A DNA stretch of 64,000 nt from Actinomycetes bacterium (GTDB lineage: Bacteria > Actinomycetota > Acidimicrobiia > Acidimicrobiales > JAMCPL01): the NCBI GenBank assembly GCA_021841005.1, contig JAKBVZ010000035.1, forward strand, positions 143,557 to 207,556, read 5' to 3'. How positions within the stretch are numbered: the first letter of the stretch is position 1; each line of letters begins with the position of its first letter. The notes under the pieces were generated by a model. It made no database searches. It was not told the DNA's origin and was given only the letters and a program-made list of their open reading frames with translations. Shown in pieces: positions 62,759 to 64,000 of the stretch. The position numbers were made by a program, and so were the translations under genes.

Positions 62759-63874
62759 GTGAGCCATATGACTATTCCAGCAGGGACGCGACTTTCTATC
62801 GGTCCGCAAATGACCTTCAAGCCACGGGGCCGGTTGGTACTGATAGGCAGTATCGTAATGGACATGTTGTTGTACGTGGATCGCCTTCCTGAGCGGGGGT
62901 CAGATGTGATGGCGAATATGTCGCAGGTCTCTCCCGGAGGCGGCTTCAATATTCTTAGCTCAGCTAGGAAGCTGGGGATGGAGGCTGCTTACGGGGGGCT
63001 CGTGGGAAGCGGTCCCAACGGGGCAGCCATAGAGGGAGCGCTGGACGGACATGGCATAGAGCGGCTGTTGCCTAGGAGGGCTGGCAGCGATAACGGGTTT
63101 GTCGTAGGGGCCGTAGAGCCAAGTGGGGAGCGGACATTCGTTACGGTGCCAGGATGCGAATCCATGATCGAGCCCGCCCATCTACTGGCTGTACAAGAGT
63201 TGCTCAAGCCAGATGATATAGTATATATCTCGGGATACGAGTTCTTATATCATGTTTCAGGCCCTGCGATCGCGAGTTGGATTGCTGGAGTTGGAGAGAC
63301 GTGGCCCGTTGCCATAGATCCGGGTCCGCTTGTGGGCGAACTACCTGGCCGCACTTTTTTCGATGCGATGCGTGCATGCAAGCTGCTCACACTCAATGAG
63401 CGGGAGGCAAAGATATTGCTGCAAAGATCATCATCGGCTCATTGCCAGTCATCGTTGCCTGGGCATGCGGAGTCGGGCGGGGAGGCTAGTGCACTGGATG
63501 TTCTTGGCAGCCAGATCAGTCCCAGCCGGATCAGCTCGCTTGCAGCTATTGCAGAGGCCATTCATGGCGAGTATTTGAACCGTGATGCGATAGTCATCGT
63601 ACGGGCCGGAAGTCTTGGTTGCGTGATATGCGAGAAGGGGGACGCCAGCGTATACGTGCCTGGCAGATTTGCCAGCGAGGTTGTGGACACTACAGGTGCC
63701 GGCGATGTGCATACGGCAGCGTTTCTGTCCACGTATTACAGTGGAGAGTATGCGGTCGATGCCGCCTGGGTTGCCAATGTCGCTGCTTCGATGTCGGTGT
63801 CCGTACGGGGTGGGGCATCATTTCCGAGCGTTGCCGATCTTGCGAGGGCATTACAAGGCATAAAGAGTGAGTAG
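62759..63874 (+). CDS. PfkB/ribokinase-family carbohydrate or nucleoside kinase
   Basis: PGGGFN di-Gly motif near the N-terminus and C-terminal VVDTTGAGDVHTAAF (DTxGAGD) motif. Start is GTG 62759 or ATG 62768. Confidence 0.8.
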   Translation: MSHMTIPAGTRLSIGPQMTFKPRGRLVLIGSIVMDMLLYVDRLPERGSDVMANMSQVSPGGGFNILSSARKLGMEAAYGGLVGSGPNGAAIEGALDGHGIERLLPRRAGSDNGFVVGAVEPSGERTFVTVPGCESMIEPAHLLAVQELLKPDDIVYISGYEFLYHVSGPAIASWIAGVGETWPVAIDPGPLVGELPGRTFFDAMRACKLLTLNEREAKILLQRSSSAHCQSSLPGHAESGGEASALDVLGSQISPSRISSLAAIAEAIHGEYLNRDAIVIVRAGSLGCVICEKGDASVYVPGRFASEVVDTTGAGDVHTAAFLSTYYSGEYAVDAAWVANVAASMSVSVRGGASFPSVADLARALQGIKSE

Positions 63875-64000
63875 TCATTGGATAGGGCATCAGAACACGT
63901 AACTGACATCTCCGTTAAGAAGAAGACCTGGATGGCTGATGCGGTGTCGCAACTACAACGAGTCCGCTACTACGGGTCTCCAACGCTCAGAGACATTGGG

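Overview
Moderately high-GC chromosomal segment with actinobacterial gene content and synteny: an Arc/Mpa ATPase ending in QYL, gcvH-FHA-MerR-DUF151, rimP-nusA-ylxR-infB-rbfA-truB-ribF, rpsO-pnp-M16 peptidase-dapB, and ruvCAB-yajC-secDF. Genes are SD-led, and many stop and start codons overlap by 4 nt (ATGA or GTGA). The window has three parts. (1) 1-17.7 kb is a single-strand catabolic cluster. It holds 2-oxoacid:ferredoxin oxidoreductase subunits, a bbs-like CoA-transferase/hydratase/SDR/DUF35-thiolase module, a PrpF isomerase, a PaaK-type ligase, a Liv-type ABC importer, an acyl-CoA synthetase, 3-hydroxyacyl-CoA dehydrogenase and a thiolase. (2) 17.8-56.5 kb is mostly housekeeping: ferredoxin, arc, def, fmt, rpe, gcvH, ruvCAB, secDF, nagA, the nusA-infB operon, ribF, rpsO-pnp and dapB. 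A few accessory genes are interspersed: a polytopic membrane protein with DUF2249/DUF59, DUF488, a GT87-like protein, a PLC/AcpA-type phosphoesterase and PAP2. (3) 56.5-64 kb is an accessory-looking region with an NrtS-like small membrane protein, an internally duplicated membrane protein, and a DipZ-like CcdA-thioredoxin fusion carrying a 9-nt tandem array. It also has a 14-nt tandem array in the intergenic region, and a clear cobalamin riboswitch in front of an NCS1 permease plus PfkB-type kinase. That last pairing is the best candidate here for an undescribed system, possibly salvage of a B12 lower-ligand riboside or another precursor. Other recurrent oddities are very recent direct duplications exactly at gene junctions and a small hairpin element present at two loci. 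Short in-frame tandem repeats also inflate many essential proteins, and an orphan intrinsic terminator sits in the rimP-nusA leader. No tRNA, rRNA, CRISPR array or transposase gene was recognised. All family calls come from motif recognition by eye, and no database search was run.
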